A stretch of 63,965 nt of DNA, the filler included, from Gonapodya sp. JEL0774 (lineage: Eukaryota): the NCBI GenBank assembly GCA_027604505.1. It is 3 parts of 3 records of this genome, joined end to end, with 100 filler letters (N's around TTAATTAATTAA, not from the genome) between each part and the next. Parts side by side here need not be neighbours in the genome. Positions count along the whole stretch, not along the records: positions 23,250 to 46,203 come from JADIIX010000235.1; positions 46,304 to 63,965 come from JADIIX010000269.1; 1 more part is not named here. One strand, given 5' to 3'. This document shows, piece by piece, positions 36,811 to 51,305 of the stretch (position 1 is its first letter; the number at the start of each line of letters is the position of its first letter). Below the pieces are notes generated by a model. That model worked only from the letters and a program-made list of their open reading frames with translations. It did no database searches and had not been told where the DNA came from. The position numbers and the translations under genes are program-made.

Positions 36811-37602
36811 TTTTACGCTCCTGTAATTTCATGGTGGAGTAGCAATCGTGAATGTACTTAAGGAGGACAAAATGAGATGCAAATATTCTTCATGCCGATA
36901 GAATCAACTTTTTCCTTCCCGATCCTTTGCATGCTTATGTGGTAGCAATCGTTCCCATTGTATTCCCAATCTTTCAAACTTCGAAACTTTTTTCATCCGT
37001 CTAGTAATAGCTGCAGCTCGCCTGGTCTTGCGGTAAATACTTGGCACGTGCAAGTTCAATCAAACCAGATTCGGCATGATTGATATTGATATTTTCGCTC
37101 CCTTTCCTGAGGAGTCACGTAGGGCGGATCACGTGACTGCTAATGGGCTCTGTGCAGTTGCCACAGAGGCAACAAGAACCAAAACGCAGATTCCCAAAGC
37201 TGTCACTGTCACCGCCCACTTGGAGCTTTCACTGCGCTGCCATCGTGGTTGCTTGCGCATTAAAGCCGGGTGCTTTAGTACGCTCACCAAGTTTCGCGAT
37301 AAGCGACTTGTCAAGACCCAGCAATTATACAATCCATCAATCCATCACCCGCCGCTGCCCATTCATTCTGAACTCAATTTTCACGCTGAAATAAGTAAAG
37401 AATCATCCAATACGCCCCACCCTGCTTGGACTCGACCTTCTTCACGACCTCTTTGCCGATACCTGGTGAGCCCCCTCTGTGAGTCCATCGGCTCGTCACC
37501 GTGTCCAACAAAGGACCTTTATGTCTTTTGACGGTCTCTCACATAAATTTCATTTGATTTTATTAGCTCATACCCATTACCCCTTATACCTCTTCCTCTC
37601 AA

Positions 37603-38891
37603 ATGTCGTCCGACCGGTTGAGCTCGAGTCTCCCCCCTTTGCCCATTCCGAATCATCCTGGCGCACAATCCTCGGCAACAATCATCAAATACCCCCCTCG
37701 CGCGTCCCTTCCACCCTTGTCTACGTGGATGATCCGCTCTCGTGAAGGATCTCGCGGTGGCTCTCCCGTTTCAGAAGCGTCATCCCACAGTTCGCCCTCG
37801 TTCTCGTATCCACCACCATCTCCAGATGGTACGCACTACGACCGATCGTCCATGATGTCGTACGATACCGATGATACTGCTGACGAACTGAGATCCATGG
37901 CGCAGACGCTTACTCTTGCGCCCACGGGCAACTTTGTGAGCCATGTTGGGCCCGAGGAGTTCTACACTTCTTGCAAGTCAGAAGCTCACCAACAGGAGTA
38001 CGCCAAGCTGGGACAATACCATTTGCCTCCCCTTCTACCTGCCCACGCACGATTCCCCACAAACCACGAGTTCGCTCCGTGGACGCTCCCGCCCATTGCA
38101 TCCATCTCGAACATGCCCAATCAGCTAAACTACCCACAAGAGCAGCAATGGGAGAAAGAAAGCACTAAATTGGAGAGCTTCGCGTCGTTCTCAAACCTTT
38201 CTGCCCTTCACGCCCTCGCTGAAGTGTGCGCTGGAGCGCGCTTGACCATGGGTCCTTCGGACATGGACATTTCGCCGGATGGAGACATGACAGCGCAAAA
38301 GGAAGACACGACCTCAGCGGGACAGCTCATGCAACGCGACCCGGTCACGATGCACCCACGGCAACAGAGTCGTACTGCGAACTCATCCCCAACCAGATCG
38401 GTCGGCTCTCTTTCTCCAGTGCCACCAGACTCACCTCAGGACGAAGACTACGATTCCACGAGCGGTTGTGGCGACTCTTCTGACTCGGACCCCGAGTTTC
38501 GACCCACCAAGGAGAGGAGCGGCCGCAAGGGCGGCAAAAGGTTGAGCATCGACTCGACGATCGGGTCGGCAAAGAAGTTCAAGCACCGCAAGAAGGCCAT
38601 GAGCACCAAAGCGCAAGCTCAAGTGGAGCCCAGGTTTGGCAACGGTAGGCGGCCCAACTTCTCCAAAGACCAGAAGGCGATTATGATGGTGTGTCCTTAT
38701 CGCCTCCTCATCGAATCCCGCCGTTCCTGTTTCTCACATATCTTTTGCCGTCTGTCCAGTCTTGGCTCCATACCAACAAAGATCACCCATTCCCCACCGA
38801 GTCCGAGAAACTGAAATTCTGCGATTCCACCGGCTTATCCCTCCGTCAAATCAACGACTGGTTCATCAACGCTAGAAGGAGATACCTCTGA
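37603..38891 (+). CDS. TALE-class homeodomain transcription factor (Cup9/Tos8/TGIF-like)
   Basis: RRPNFSKDQKAIMM|SWLHTNKDHPFPTESEKLKFCDSTGLSLRQINDWFINARRRYL at the C-terminus, after a long S/P-rich region. Confidence 0.92.
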
Positions 38892-39544
38892 GACAGAAAC
38901 TCAAACCAAGTAATTCCACGTCGCTGAGAGCATGCAATTTCAACCCCTGTGACCGACGCTGAACAGAAAACTGGCATTCAAGAAATTTATCACTGGCACT
39001 GCAATTTTTTTCTCCATAACTACTTTCGTGAATCGACTAATGTGTAACCTATGTACGATAAGTCTTTTTGTGAGCTGAATGAGTAACAAGCTTTTCTGAA
39101 GTTCCGATCTAGAATGATTTCATTGCCACAAACGACAACGAAGCGCATTACTTCAGTATGTCCCGAAAAATAGGAACCCGGGATATGCACGAGTTTCTGT
39201 TTATTGAGTTGACACATTACTTGGCAACTGCCCGTAACGACTCTCGCCTTGATTTCCACTGCCCCAAACGAAATCTGCAAGCTCATGTGTGCCTGATCTG
39301 AGGCAACGGTCAAATGCTCTGTCTGACGGTATTTGTCCGGTTGCCAATGACTGAGATCCACGTGTGCCCGCCGATAGTGCAGTCATCCCCTTCCACTCAG
39401 TTCTGAAACACACTTTTTCGGTGCAATCGTATTAGAATATGGGTAACAATTTGATTAACAAAAAAAAACGCCTGGCTGCTTCTGCTTGCAATGCAACCCT
39501 ACCCCAGCCAACCTCTGTACAATTCTTCAGGCTCACAGGCCAAC

Positions 39545-41556
<2,012 letters not shown>

Positions 41557-41804
41557 TGTAGTGGGTGGGATTGCAAAATCGTGATTTTTAATGGGAAAGC
41601 AGAAGTGCGTGGATGGTGAACGTGGGCTTTATAAAGTGGTGAAGAATGGGCGACAAAATGGTGGAGAAGAGATGGGTAAATGTTTTTGCGCGCGCCCGTG
41701 CCCGTGCCCCAAACTGTTGAAACAATCGGGACTTTCCGTACGATATCACCAACGAGATGGAGTAAAGTAGATAATGATGGGGAAAAAAGGAGAGGGGGAG
41801 AGAC

Positions 41805-41811
41805 TGACTCA
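41805..41811. promoter_or_regulatory. Putative Gcn4/CpcA (AP-1 type) site
   Basis: TGACTCA ~250 bp upstream of the homocitrate synthase ATG. Confidence 0.4.
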
Positions 41812-42050
41812 AGTCAATACTTAAAAATGCGTGGTGCCATGAATGTGATTCGCACAACATTTAGTGATTGCCCCACATTGCCAAGAGGGCACTTCAAGGT
41901 AGCACTGCAAGTCTGAACCGACTCAACGCATCCAAGGAGGATGCTGCTGCGATGTTCCACGGAGTTCGAGTCCTGCAAGGGAAACAACACGGTGCTGTGG
42001 CCTCCTCACTGATCTCTCGTGCTGCGTTCATCCACCAATCTCTCATCCAA

Positions 42051-42562
42051 ATGGTCCACTCTTCTCTTAAGCCCGTCGAAAAGGGTATGGAAACTTCATC
42101 GCTAATGAGCAGCTTCCCAATGATGTGCAATCTCTTGAACAGAGCTGACGTCGATTCTGCAAGGTCTCAAGAGTCTTCAAGCAAAGGGAGCCGCAGTGAA
42201 GGAGGCTGAAGGTGAGGATGCCTTCGGAGGGTAGGGGCCGTCGGCAGTACCACGGGTCGGTAGTTGTTTGCCGGGGGGGAGATGCATGGGCGTAACGGTC
42301 ACCATCAAAACCCCAGTCAACACCTTTCAAGACCGTCTCCGCAAAGTCGAGAACGCACATGTGCAAGATGGCGTGTGGTACGCAGACTTGAAGGCCAGAA
42401 GTGAGGTTGGCGAGGGCCAGGGCGAGCTTGCGGACATGCTGGCGGAAGGCCACGTAAGTTTTGGGAGGAAGTGAACAACTTTGGACAGACCGAACCTGCT
42501 GATACGTGATTCCCGTTTGTAAGGAAATCGCGAGCGACTTGCTGGAAGGAGCGTCAGACTGA
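42051..42562 (+). CDS. ~80-aa protein, 4 exons, resembling one DUF2408/Cub1-type repeat
   Basis: Clean GT-AG splicing gives MVHSSLKPVEKGLKSLQAKGAAVKEAEDRLRKVENAHVQDGVWYADLKARSEVGEGQGELADMLAEGHEIASDLLEGASD*. Confidence 0.6.
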
Positions 42563-42770
42563 AAGTATCATCCAATGTGAACCTATCATCTGTGAACATG
42601 TCTACATCACAAGCTGAAATAAAATAAAGTCTTTTCGTGTTTATTGCTGTCTTTGAAGCGACACATGGGGAGACCTGAACAAGTGATATCTATCTCCTTG
42701 CTGTGTGAGGGGGACAGCTAACCCCACTCCGTCAGCACCTTTACACCCAAACTCAGGCTCAAGCACCCAG

Positions 42771-43013
42771 ATGCCCAACCGCGGCCCCATCGTCCTCTCC
42801 ATTGATGAAGCTGAATACCTGCTCGATCAAATCCCCGCACCCGAGGCTGATGAAGATGCCCTCGTCACTAAATTGCGCAATAGATTGAAACTGCTGCTCA
42901 CGGAACTGAGAGAAGGAGCGGAAGGTCAGCATTCGCCGGCAGTCGTTTTCTATACCTATTTTGCATCGTCTCAAGTATCGTATACGTGCACAGGTGGTGG
43001 TGAGAGACAGTGA
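42771..43013 (+). CDS. ~57-aa helical microprotein, intron ~42925-42993
   Basis: MPNRGPIVLSIDEAEYLLDQIPAPEADEDALVTKLRNRLKLLLTELREGAEGGGERQ, with two amphipathic helices. Confidence 0.6.
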   Translation: MPNRGPIVLSIDEAEYLLDQIPAPEADEDALVTKLRNRLKLLLTELREGAEGQHSPAVVFYTYFASSQVSYTCTGGGERQ

Positions 43014-43174
43014 TGACTCTGCCGTGTTGCAAATCACTGGAAGCCAGTTCATAATCATAACCAATAAATTTTGCTTGTTCCATCAATACATACCATTTTG
43101 CTTGCTCCATCAATACATACCAGATATTGTCATCATAACCGATGATCCATTCATACGTGCCAAATACAAGTGTA

Positions 43175-46100
43175 TCATAATCTCGCCTTACCCCCAATGA
43201 TACCCTGATACAACTCCTTTGTCAGTCGCACGTACCCCTTACGTTCGTCGTAAAAGTACATCCGTTCGGGGATCTTTGAAGGGTCGAAGCCGGCATTTTG
43301 GAGCTCGACTTTGCGGTGCTTGAACGTAACTACAAGGATCCACAGACACACCACAAGTGCCAACCCGAAGAGCAAGATGATCAAGATGTTCATATCCCTC
43401 CTTGTTTCTCACAAGACTCACCAGTGACTCCTCCGAATCCCTCTTCCTCGTACACCCTCAGGAACCTCGGTACCGCGTACGCAGGCAGTTCTTGTTTCAC
43501 ATATGCACTCAATCTACGCAGCGAGTCTTGTTCGTAGAGCGGTGGTTCTCCACCACGAAGGTGCGGCTTGAAGATAAGGGCGGCAGCGCCAGCGCGGCCA
43601 GTACCGGGGAGCGAGGGGATCTTGGTGAGGTTAATGGTCAAGGTAAAATCAACGAGTGATGGTGGTGAACGAGTGTTGACCCCGATAGATCGGGTTCACG
43701 ATCGCATCAGCTCATGTTCCCTCTTTGAAGAACCTACTTCCACTCCGTACACGTTCGCATCTTCCAGGTCCGTGAATCCGAGCAGCACATCACGGACTTC
43801 GGTGGTGGAGACATTTTCTTTGGCGGGACAACATGCAACAAGTTTGCGGTGTGAAGGACAGATTGCAGGTCGGAACAGTTCTCCTGGGCCATTTCACGAG
43901 GGCTTTAGACTCACCTCCCTTCCATCTGCATCACGATGTACGTGTTCGATCCGAAACAAACAAACAACAAACTGTGCTCATAGGGTCGATAATTATTAAC
44001 AGTGCGTGCAACTTACCGGAATGTGTCCCCGATCCTGTCCACAAAGTATATCCATCCGCGCCAGTCTTTGATAAGTAAGTCACCAGACCGCCACCAGACG
44101 TCTGACCTGATTTGCGCGAGCATTTGAAATCACGAAAGGAATGGAGTGATCGCTTCTAGGCTCACTTCTCGAATACATCCCGCACAAACTTCTTGTTCGT
44201 CGCTGGCACATTCGGAGGGGTGGATCGGTCGATGGCCCATAATCAGTCGATGTTCCAGCCAAACTCACATTTTTCATCACCTGAGAGAGAATTGAAACAA
44301 AAATTTTTTTTTGGTGTCTGGTGTGTTGTCGACAATGTCCAAAGCCCGCACTCACCATAATACCCTTCAAAATTTTCATTTACGATCTTTCCGATCATTT
44401 CACCGGGCTCTCCTGCCTGACATTCGACGCAGAAGCCAGTTTTCGGGTCACGCACCACTGATAGAGTGTTACCATTGGATGTTCGATCGATGGGAAGCAG
44501 TGGTGAGCGATGAAGAGAGAACAGCAGTAGGAGAACTTGCAAAGTAACTTACGCTCTTCCGTGATGGGATCAATCTTCACGATGCGGGGGGTCAAAGGGT
44601 TCAATGCTCTGCACGACAGGTGTTAGATGTTCACAGGTTCAGTGAGGAGGTGCACCAATGCCACATCCCTCTAACAACACACCTCATCAACCTTCCCTGA
44701 AACCCGACCGCGCCTTGCTTCCCAAAGACGTTGATAGACCCGACAACGCCTTCAGTGGAACCATAGCTGGGTGGATGTGTAGTGGAGACACGTGAGATTC
44801 TGAGGCATGGAAACCAGAGCGCGCCTTTCCAGAGCATTAGTACTCACCCTTCGTTGATTCGGACGCCAAAACGTTCTACAATACATCAACCACGCGAGGA
44901 ACGGGAGACAATCATCAGTCCACTTTATCCCGCAGCAACACGATTCGTTGTGTGTGTCACCAACCCACTTTCGAACGGCCCCCAAATGTCCGGTCTCACA
45001 CCGTTCCCGCCACATGCACGAACTTTATGCGCACGGTCATAGGGAGAGGGTGGAGTGGAGAGAATGAAGCGGAGAAACTAGGCACAAAAGTCACACTCGA
45101 ATTGGACCTGTTAAATGCACCACATATTCGACGACAACCCACCTCGCCTACAAAGGGAAAGCAGTTCACACCGGTTTGTGCGCAAAATGCGAAAAAGTTG
45201 GACGCGGAGAATTTGCGGGTGAAACATATAGTTTCACCAAAGTTGATGGCGTCTGTTTGGTAGCAACAAAAGTAAAGCAGAAGTAAAGCAAAAATGGCAT
45301 CGAAGGTGTACGTACGCATGATTCCAATCTGCGCATTAAAGTGGAAGAAAGGTCCTGCAGCGCAATGCCCCGTCAAAAATCACAGAAATCGCCCCATTGT
45401 TATCCTCAGTGATCGCCCACAAGGAAAAAGGTGATCAGGTGAGATCGCACCTACGGGGTATATCCTCTCACCCTCCCTGAATACGTCGAGGTATCGGAAT
45501 CCTACTGTTGAGCCTGTAGCACATGATCCACGGAGTGAGTACACGGGCAAGAAATTGTGAACGTTGGGAGAGAAGTGCACTGATACGCACATAGACGCTG
45601 GTGGCTCTGTCACCAATGTATCATCGAGAGCGTAGAATCCGGTCAGCAACACCAGAGAGTTGTCAACTTCCCTTCACAACCCTTCTCCGACTCCCGCGAC
45701 ACTCTCCGCACAGACCCACCAAGTTCGTCCCCTTGGGCAGTCCAGTTGTCCCACTCGTGTACACCAGGTACGCCACGTCTTTTGGATTCACATGTCTCCA
45801 AAGTGCCTTGGGTATCGGTGCGCACCAGAGCGGCTGGGATATGTCGAGGGATGGGAGGTGAACAGAGTGGTGGGGGAACGAAAGAGTGGAGGAGAGATGG
45901 GATGGCAAGGGGGTGAGGGAGAGACACGCCTGGTAGAATCGCAGCGGTTAGCGTCGGACAGGAGTGAGCGAGGAACGGCGACCGATACGGTACCAGATCC
46001 ACTCCCATCTCCTTCAGCCCCTGTTCCCCCTCATAAACCTGTCCGACCGCTTCCGCCATCTCGGGCTCGAAGATGAGGAATTTCGCACCCGAAACCCGGA

Positions 46101-46203
46101 CGCAGTGGAGAAGTGGACGAAGCCGGAGGTGGTGGTTGAGTAGGGCGATAGGGGAAGCGAGTTTCCAGGAAGCAAGCTTGCGGTGAGAGTGGGTGGATAG
46201 CAA
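43175..46203 (-). CDS. FAT1: Very-long-chain acyl-CoA synthetase / fatty acid transport protein, 5'-truncated by the gap
   Basis: YLVYTSGTTGLPK, RKFSASNF, GNGVRPDIW, YGSTEG, DRIGDTF, ENVSTTEV, GRAGAAA, LPAYAVPRFLR and FKHRKVELQNAGFDP. Confidence 0.93.
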
Positions 46204-46303
46204 NNNNNNNNNNNNNNNNNNNNNNNNNNNNNNNNNNNNNNNNNNNNTTAATTAATTAANNNNNNNNNNNNNNNNNNNNNNNNNNNNNNNNNNNNNNNNN
46301 NNN
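46204..46303. other. Assembly gap with six-frame stop linker
   Basis: 44 N + TTAATTAATTAA + 44 N. Confidence 0.97.
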
Positions 46304-48558
46304 CAAACCCATGAGGTTGTTCAAGGTAAACCTCTTCTGAAAGGTCTCCATGTAAGAAAGCATTAGAAATATCAAACTGCCTGATATAGTACCCTTTTTG
46401 AGCAGCTATTGCTAACAGTATGTGCCATGACTTCCCAATCATAACAGGTGCAAAGGTTTGGGAGAAGTCATGCCTTCCTTTTGGTCAAAACCTCTTGCAA
46501 CCCATCGTGCCTTGAACTTTGCAACATGATCAGTCAACATTTTGATAGCATAAACCATTTTCCTGATAGAACATTGTATGAAGGCAGCCTTGGTACCAAC
46601 TCCCAAGTTTCAAAGTTGTTGAGCTCAGTGACCTCCTCAATTTCAGCATCTTTCCAATACTGGGCTTCCTTGGAAAACACTGCTTCCCTTTGATTCTTTG
46701 GAACTCTGATTGTGTCTGTGGTTTCAAGAGTAACAATGTTTGCATCAGCAGGGTCATATTGGGCAATGGGATCTGGGGATTCTTCCCGAGACAAGTCATC
46801 TGGCACCGCTTTGTCTTTCTGAACTGGGATCATACTCCCCCTGGCCACAGGTTCTTTAGAAGCTGAGGCCTCTGCCTTTTGTTTACCTTTGTCCTTAGAA
46901 ACTGGTACTGCCACTGGATAAAGACTTCAGTTGTGATGGTAAGACAGGTTTCCAAGCTGGTTTCACAGTGACAAGCTTCTGATTTGGCTTCCCTAAACAG
47001 GTCTGGGATTATGAATTGGTGGTTTCACATTATTGTTGCCAGCCACTGGTTGAACTTGATCTGCCAATATCTAGAGGCTGTGCTGGATTTGTATCATTTG
47101 ATCTCAACCCAAGAGATGCTCCACTATTTACACCAGGAGGGCCTCCTAGTGGATGTGGTGCAGGTGCAGTGGATGACTATGAGTATTGTCATTGTCATCA
47201 AAATCATTATCATCATCACTATCAGGACCATTGAGTTGCTGATAATGAATATGTCTTCCTGTTGTTGCTGACTCTTAGGTACAATAGGTGCATCAATTGA
47301 TGGTGGCACAGAACAGTCTGCAAATAATGTCTGTTGATATAAGACTCCTCAGTAAATTAAACATCCCGACTGACACAGATGGTTCTTTTAGTTGGATCAT
47401 AGAGTCTGTAGGTTCCATGATCTGATTCATACCCAACAAGAATACACTTGTCTGCTTTTGCATCAAATTTGTCACAGCCATCTTCCTTGTTTAATGCAAA
47501 GACCTGAGAGCCAAGACTCCTGAAGTGAGATGTGTTCACAGGTTGCCCAGTCACAACTTCCAATGGGATTCTCCCTCCAATTGCACTTGATGGCCTGCGA
47601 TTAATAGTATGTACCATGGCTCTACTGATTTCAGACCACAAGAACTTGGGAAATTTGTTCATCACCACGATAACTCTGGGTGGTTCAATGACTGTTCGAT
47701 TACCCCTCTCAGCAGTGCTGTTATGTTCAGGGGTGTGTGGTGGACTTTCCTCATCCCTGATCCCATGGGATCTCATCCACTGTTGCATCTGAGTATTGAG
47801 CAGTATTTCTTTGGCCCTATCACTTCTGAAAATCTTGACTTCAAAACCTGGGTACTGCTTCTCCATGGTAATCTTGTACTCTCTCAATTTACCAGAAGCT
47901 TCATTTTTGCTCTTCACGAAATATGGCATGAAGACATGGGTTTCTTCATCCACAACAAGCAGCATGTACCTTTCATGGTGAATGCTTTCAGTCCTTACAG
48001 GTCCAAGGATGTCTGTATGAACCCTACCACCAGGTCTTGTTGCTTTCTGCCTTGGTGGCAAGTTGAATGGGAGCTTAAAGACATCCTTCACATATAAGTG
48101 GGTTGGTAACTCCCCCTGGGATCACACCCCTCCACTATGCCAGCTCTAATCATCTTAATAAGGTCTTTGAAATTCAAATGTGCATATCTGACATGAGCCA
48201 ATGCAAGATTGTGACTGGACTTCAGATCTGACTTGGCCACCACATGATTTTCAGACTTGCTTATAGTCTTCCACTTGGACTTGGTTCTCTTTACTTCTGC
48301 TTTGCAAGTGGTATTAAGTGGGTATTCCAGCACCAACTTTGTACCCTTTGACTTTTCTCGCATTACAGATTCAAGGTCTCCTTCTCCTTCAACATCTGGC
48401 TCTTCCAGCACCACAGTTGTGTGTTGACTTAAAGCAGTTGTCTTGGAGACAATGGAAATAGGCATGTGCAGAAATCTCATGGGGAGCAGCAACAAGTCTG
48501 ATGACCCGGTTTCGCACAGTGAGAGCACAATTGAAAAACATTTCTCAGTAGCAATCAC
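46304..48558 (-). mobile_element. Degenerate Ty1/copia LTR retrotransposon: zinc knuckle, pre-integrase, integrase, start of RT
   Basis: CSHCAKPGHQTCCC knuckle; HVRYAHLN; rve RVHTDILGP...FRSDRAKE...PEHNSTAERGNR; KFDAKADKCILVGY; RT TWELVP and QFDISNAFLHGDLSEEVYLEQPHGF. Integrase precedes RT; stops and frameshifts are present. Confidence 0.93.
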
Positions 48559-48569
48559 AATCTAGTGCT

Positions 48570-50730
48570 AGTAGTGTGGTGTTTTCCTGTATACTTGGTC
48601 TCTTTGTGTAATGCAGATGTCATCCCAGCACCTGACAACATGACAACTGAGTCAGCACCCACACACAAACCTGGAGCTGCTTCAAAGAGATCCAGCCACC
48701 CACGCAAACCTGCATTGTCACAGAAAAAGGCAAAGCAGCCACCTTCAGGCTTTGCCTCATTCCGGAAATTGAAGGAGAAGCAGGTCAGGAACAATCATCT
48801 GGAGTATGGATTGGGTATGGTCAGAGGTACGATCAGACACATGTGGACTAAGATGACAGCAGAAGAGAAGGAGTTAAGCTTTTTATTGCAATTAGAATTC
48901 ATATCGTTGTTTTTCATCTTTGTCCATGGGTCCCATGAAAGCCTTTCATGGCAGAGTCTGTGAGACTCAAATCAATCGAACAGAACATCATCTCTGTTAC
49001 GCAACAACAAGTGTCCACTACAAGAATGCCAATTGACTCAGGAACAGCTACTACTACTGTCAAAATATCCACCAGCAAGTATTTCACCTCCAACTTGACC
49101 TCCTCACTCGTCCTCATGCACCATGCCAACATCATCCGGCCCTTGGAAGCAAGACAAAGGCAGGATACAATGCAGAAGTGCTGGATGGAGGCCGCAGAGG
49201 CCATAGGAGAGAGAACCCAATGCTATACACGAAGGTTGCCCACCTGAACACTGATCGCCGGGTCAAGGCCCCCTGTGATTGCCTCGGAGCAGCAGAATAC
49301 AGCTTTTGAAAAGCTCACAGGCAAGAACAAGGAGGATTTGGCATTGGATGTAAACGTGGTGAGTGACGTGGTACATTGTGTTTTGACAGGTGGTTGGGGA
49401 TATCACTGTTCCACACATATGTTACAATAGCAAGCCACCTTTAACGCCAATCTTCCTGACAGCAAGGAGAACGCGTTGGCTGAAAGGAAACAGGATATGA
49501 AGCTTGCAGCTGCTAAGTGGGAGTGGTGTAGCCTTCCTAGGCTTGAGGAATTGCTGAAGGAGGACACCCAGGAGAAAGAAGGTTATCTAGCAATAGCAAG
49601 GCAAGCAGAGGAGAGGAGAATAAAGGAGCTGCAGCTGAAGGAGAGGAAGTTGGGCACTGCAAACCAACAGATGATGATGGAGATACTCAAAATTGTAAGC
49701 CAGAAACGTTAGCTGTGTATTTCAATATAAAGTCATTACATATATGCTTGCAAATAGGTCTCAATTGAGGGGGGTTTGACACTGAACTTATCACCCGTTT
49801 TGCCCCCATAAAAGTGTGTATGAGCATTAGCCAAGAAGATACCAACACGATAATAAGGCGCTACAGGTGACGACTCTACTTTGATGGTCTGGTAGTAGTT
49901 CATAAATGCAAAGATAGTCACTGGCTTGTCCCAAGCCCACTCCATTGCAATCCATACAGCATTGTTTAAAGTGTTGTACTGCTGCTGTTCTGGCATCAAG
50001 TGTGGCAACTTCTTAGGTCCTACCAGATGCCCCTTGCTGGGGAAGTAGGCGGGGTCTCTGCAGATTTGGGATGGTTCGTGGTTTTGCTGAAAGCTGTCCT
50101 CCGGGAAAACTTGCTGCCAAGGACCCCATGTCAAACTTTCCTTTGATTTGCATGTGATGTTGTCCACAAGATATGAGATAACACAGGAGAGCTCGTCTGC
50201 AGAGCGACCAAAGGTGAGGGTGATATCAGCAAGGCAATTGGGGAAGGTGAACGGCAAAGTGGCACAAAAAGTGCCTCAATCCCAAGAAAACAAAGTCAAT
50301 TTTCAAGGATGATGGTTTCAGGTATCCCTAGTGCTGCTTTAAGGTGAAATAGGTCAGCCTTTTCAAACCTAGAAATCAGGGTCAAAAATCAAGACAGGTG
50401 GGGTCCAAGGCTGCTGATGGCAGTCACCGCTCATCAGAAACAATGAACACAATCGGCATCTGAAAGCGCTCCCAGATCCCCGCGTGCTGCAGGGAACGCC
50501 GGTCGCTCTGGCGAAGCAGACTGTCTCCCACTGCCATAATCCGCACCTTCTCCTGATCCTCTCCAGTCTGATGTTCACGAATGAAAAACAATTGTTGGAG
50601 TCAGAGGTGTCCCTGTCCATGAAAGTGGTTGCAGAAATTGGGAGCTGGTTTGGGTGCACAAGGTTGCTCGGCTATTTAGTTTTTCACTTCACACATTACA
50701 ATAACTGATGTGGTGCCCAACCTCTCTATT
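48570..50730. mobile_element. Decayed PIF/Harbinger transposon with convergent accessory ORF (+, ~48640-49712) and internally deleted transposase (-, ~50480-49736); ends approximate
   Basis: Transposase fragments ALGIPETII..EALFV..FPNCLADITLTFGRS and YNTLNNAVWIAMEWAW...FAF..Y..IKV.SSPV..YYRVGIFLANAHTHFYG..T...F...PPSIETYL. The accessory ORF has a Myb/SANT-like W motif and a coiled-coil tail. Confidence 0.8.
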
Positions 50731-50739
50731 TTCTATTCT

Positions 50740-51305
50740 AGCACAGAAATTCAACATGCCTGGAAACACAGGGGAATATTCTTCATTGCTTGCTCTCATT
50801 TGCAAGTGAAGGTTGCACACTGCCTCATTGGTCTTCAGGATAGAGTCTCTTGATCTTGCCTTCAAGTAGTGCTTGTTGTGGTACTTTGCAAACAACTCAT
50901 AAGTGTGACAAAACATAGTCACTCCATCTGGGCATGTCGTAGGATTGTGTCATAGTTCCAATCTCTTGCCAGTACCTCCAAGTTGAGACGCTTCATTGTT
51001 GCACCACTAGAGTCAATTACATACTTTGAGATCAGTAGCTTGTATTTCTTCTTATCTGCAACACTGAAACCCATAATAAATGGTACACCAGACTTTTGAA
51101 GGACTGCAATGGTAGAGAATTGATCAAATGGAGCACGTCCAAGTGCAATCCAAGGTTTTGAGTCAGGTAGAATGGAAATTCAAGTTGAATAAAAACTGGC
51201 AATGTCACAAGAGACTTTCTATCCCAAACCATCACAAGTATTGATCTTACACCTGAATCTTTGCCCTAGCAAGTAAAAGTTGTTATCTCTTCCAATATCC
51301 AATCC
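50740..51305 (-). mobile_element. Possible 5' (gag-side) remnant of the copia element
   Basis: Same CpG-poor composition as the copia body, broken minus-strand ORFs and a VIDSSGAT motif; no LTR or PBS identified. Confidence 0.35.

Noticed and set aside
43175..43393. Apparent stand-alone 72-aa membrane protein
   Set aside because: Its C-terminal part is the last exon of FAT1, and the hydrophobic start is intron sequence.
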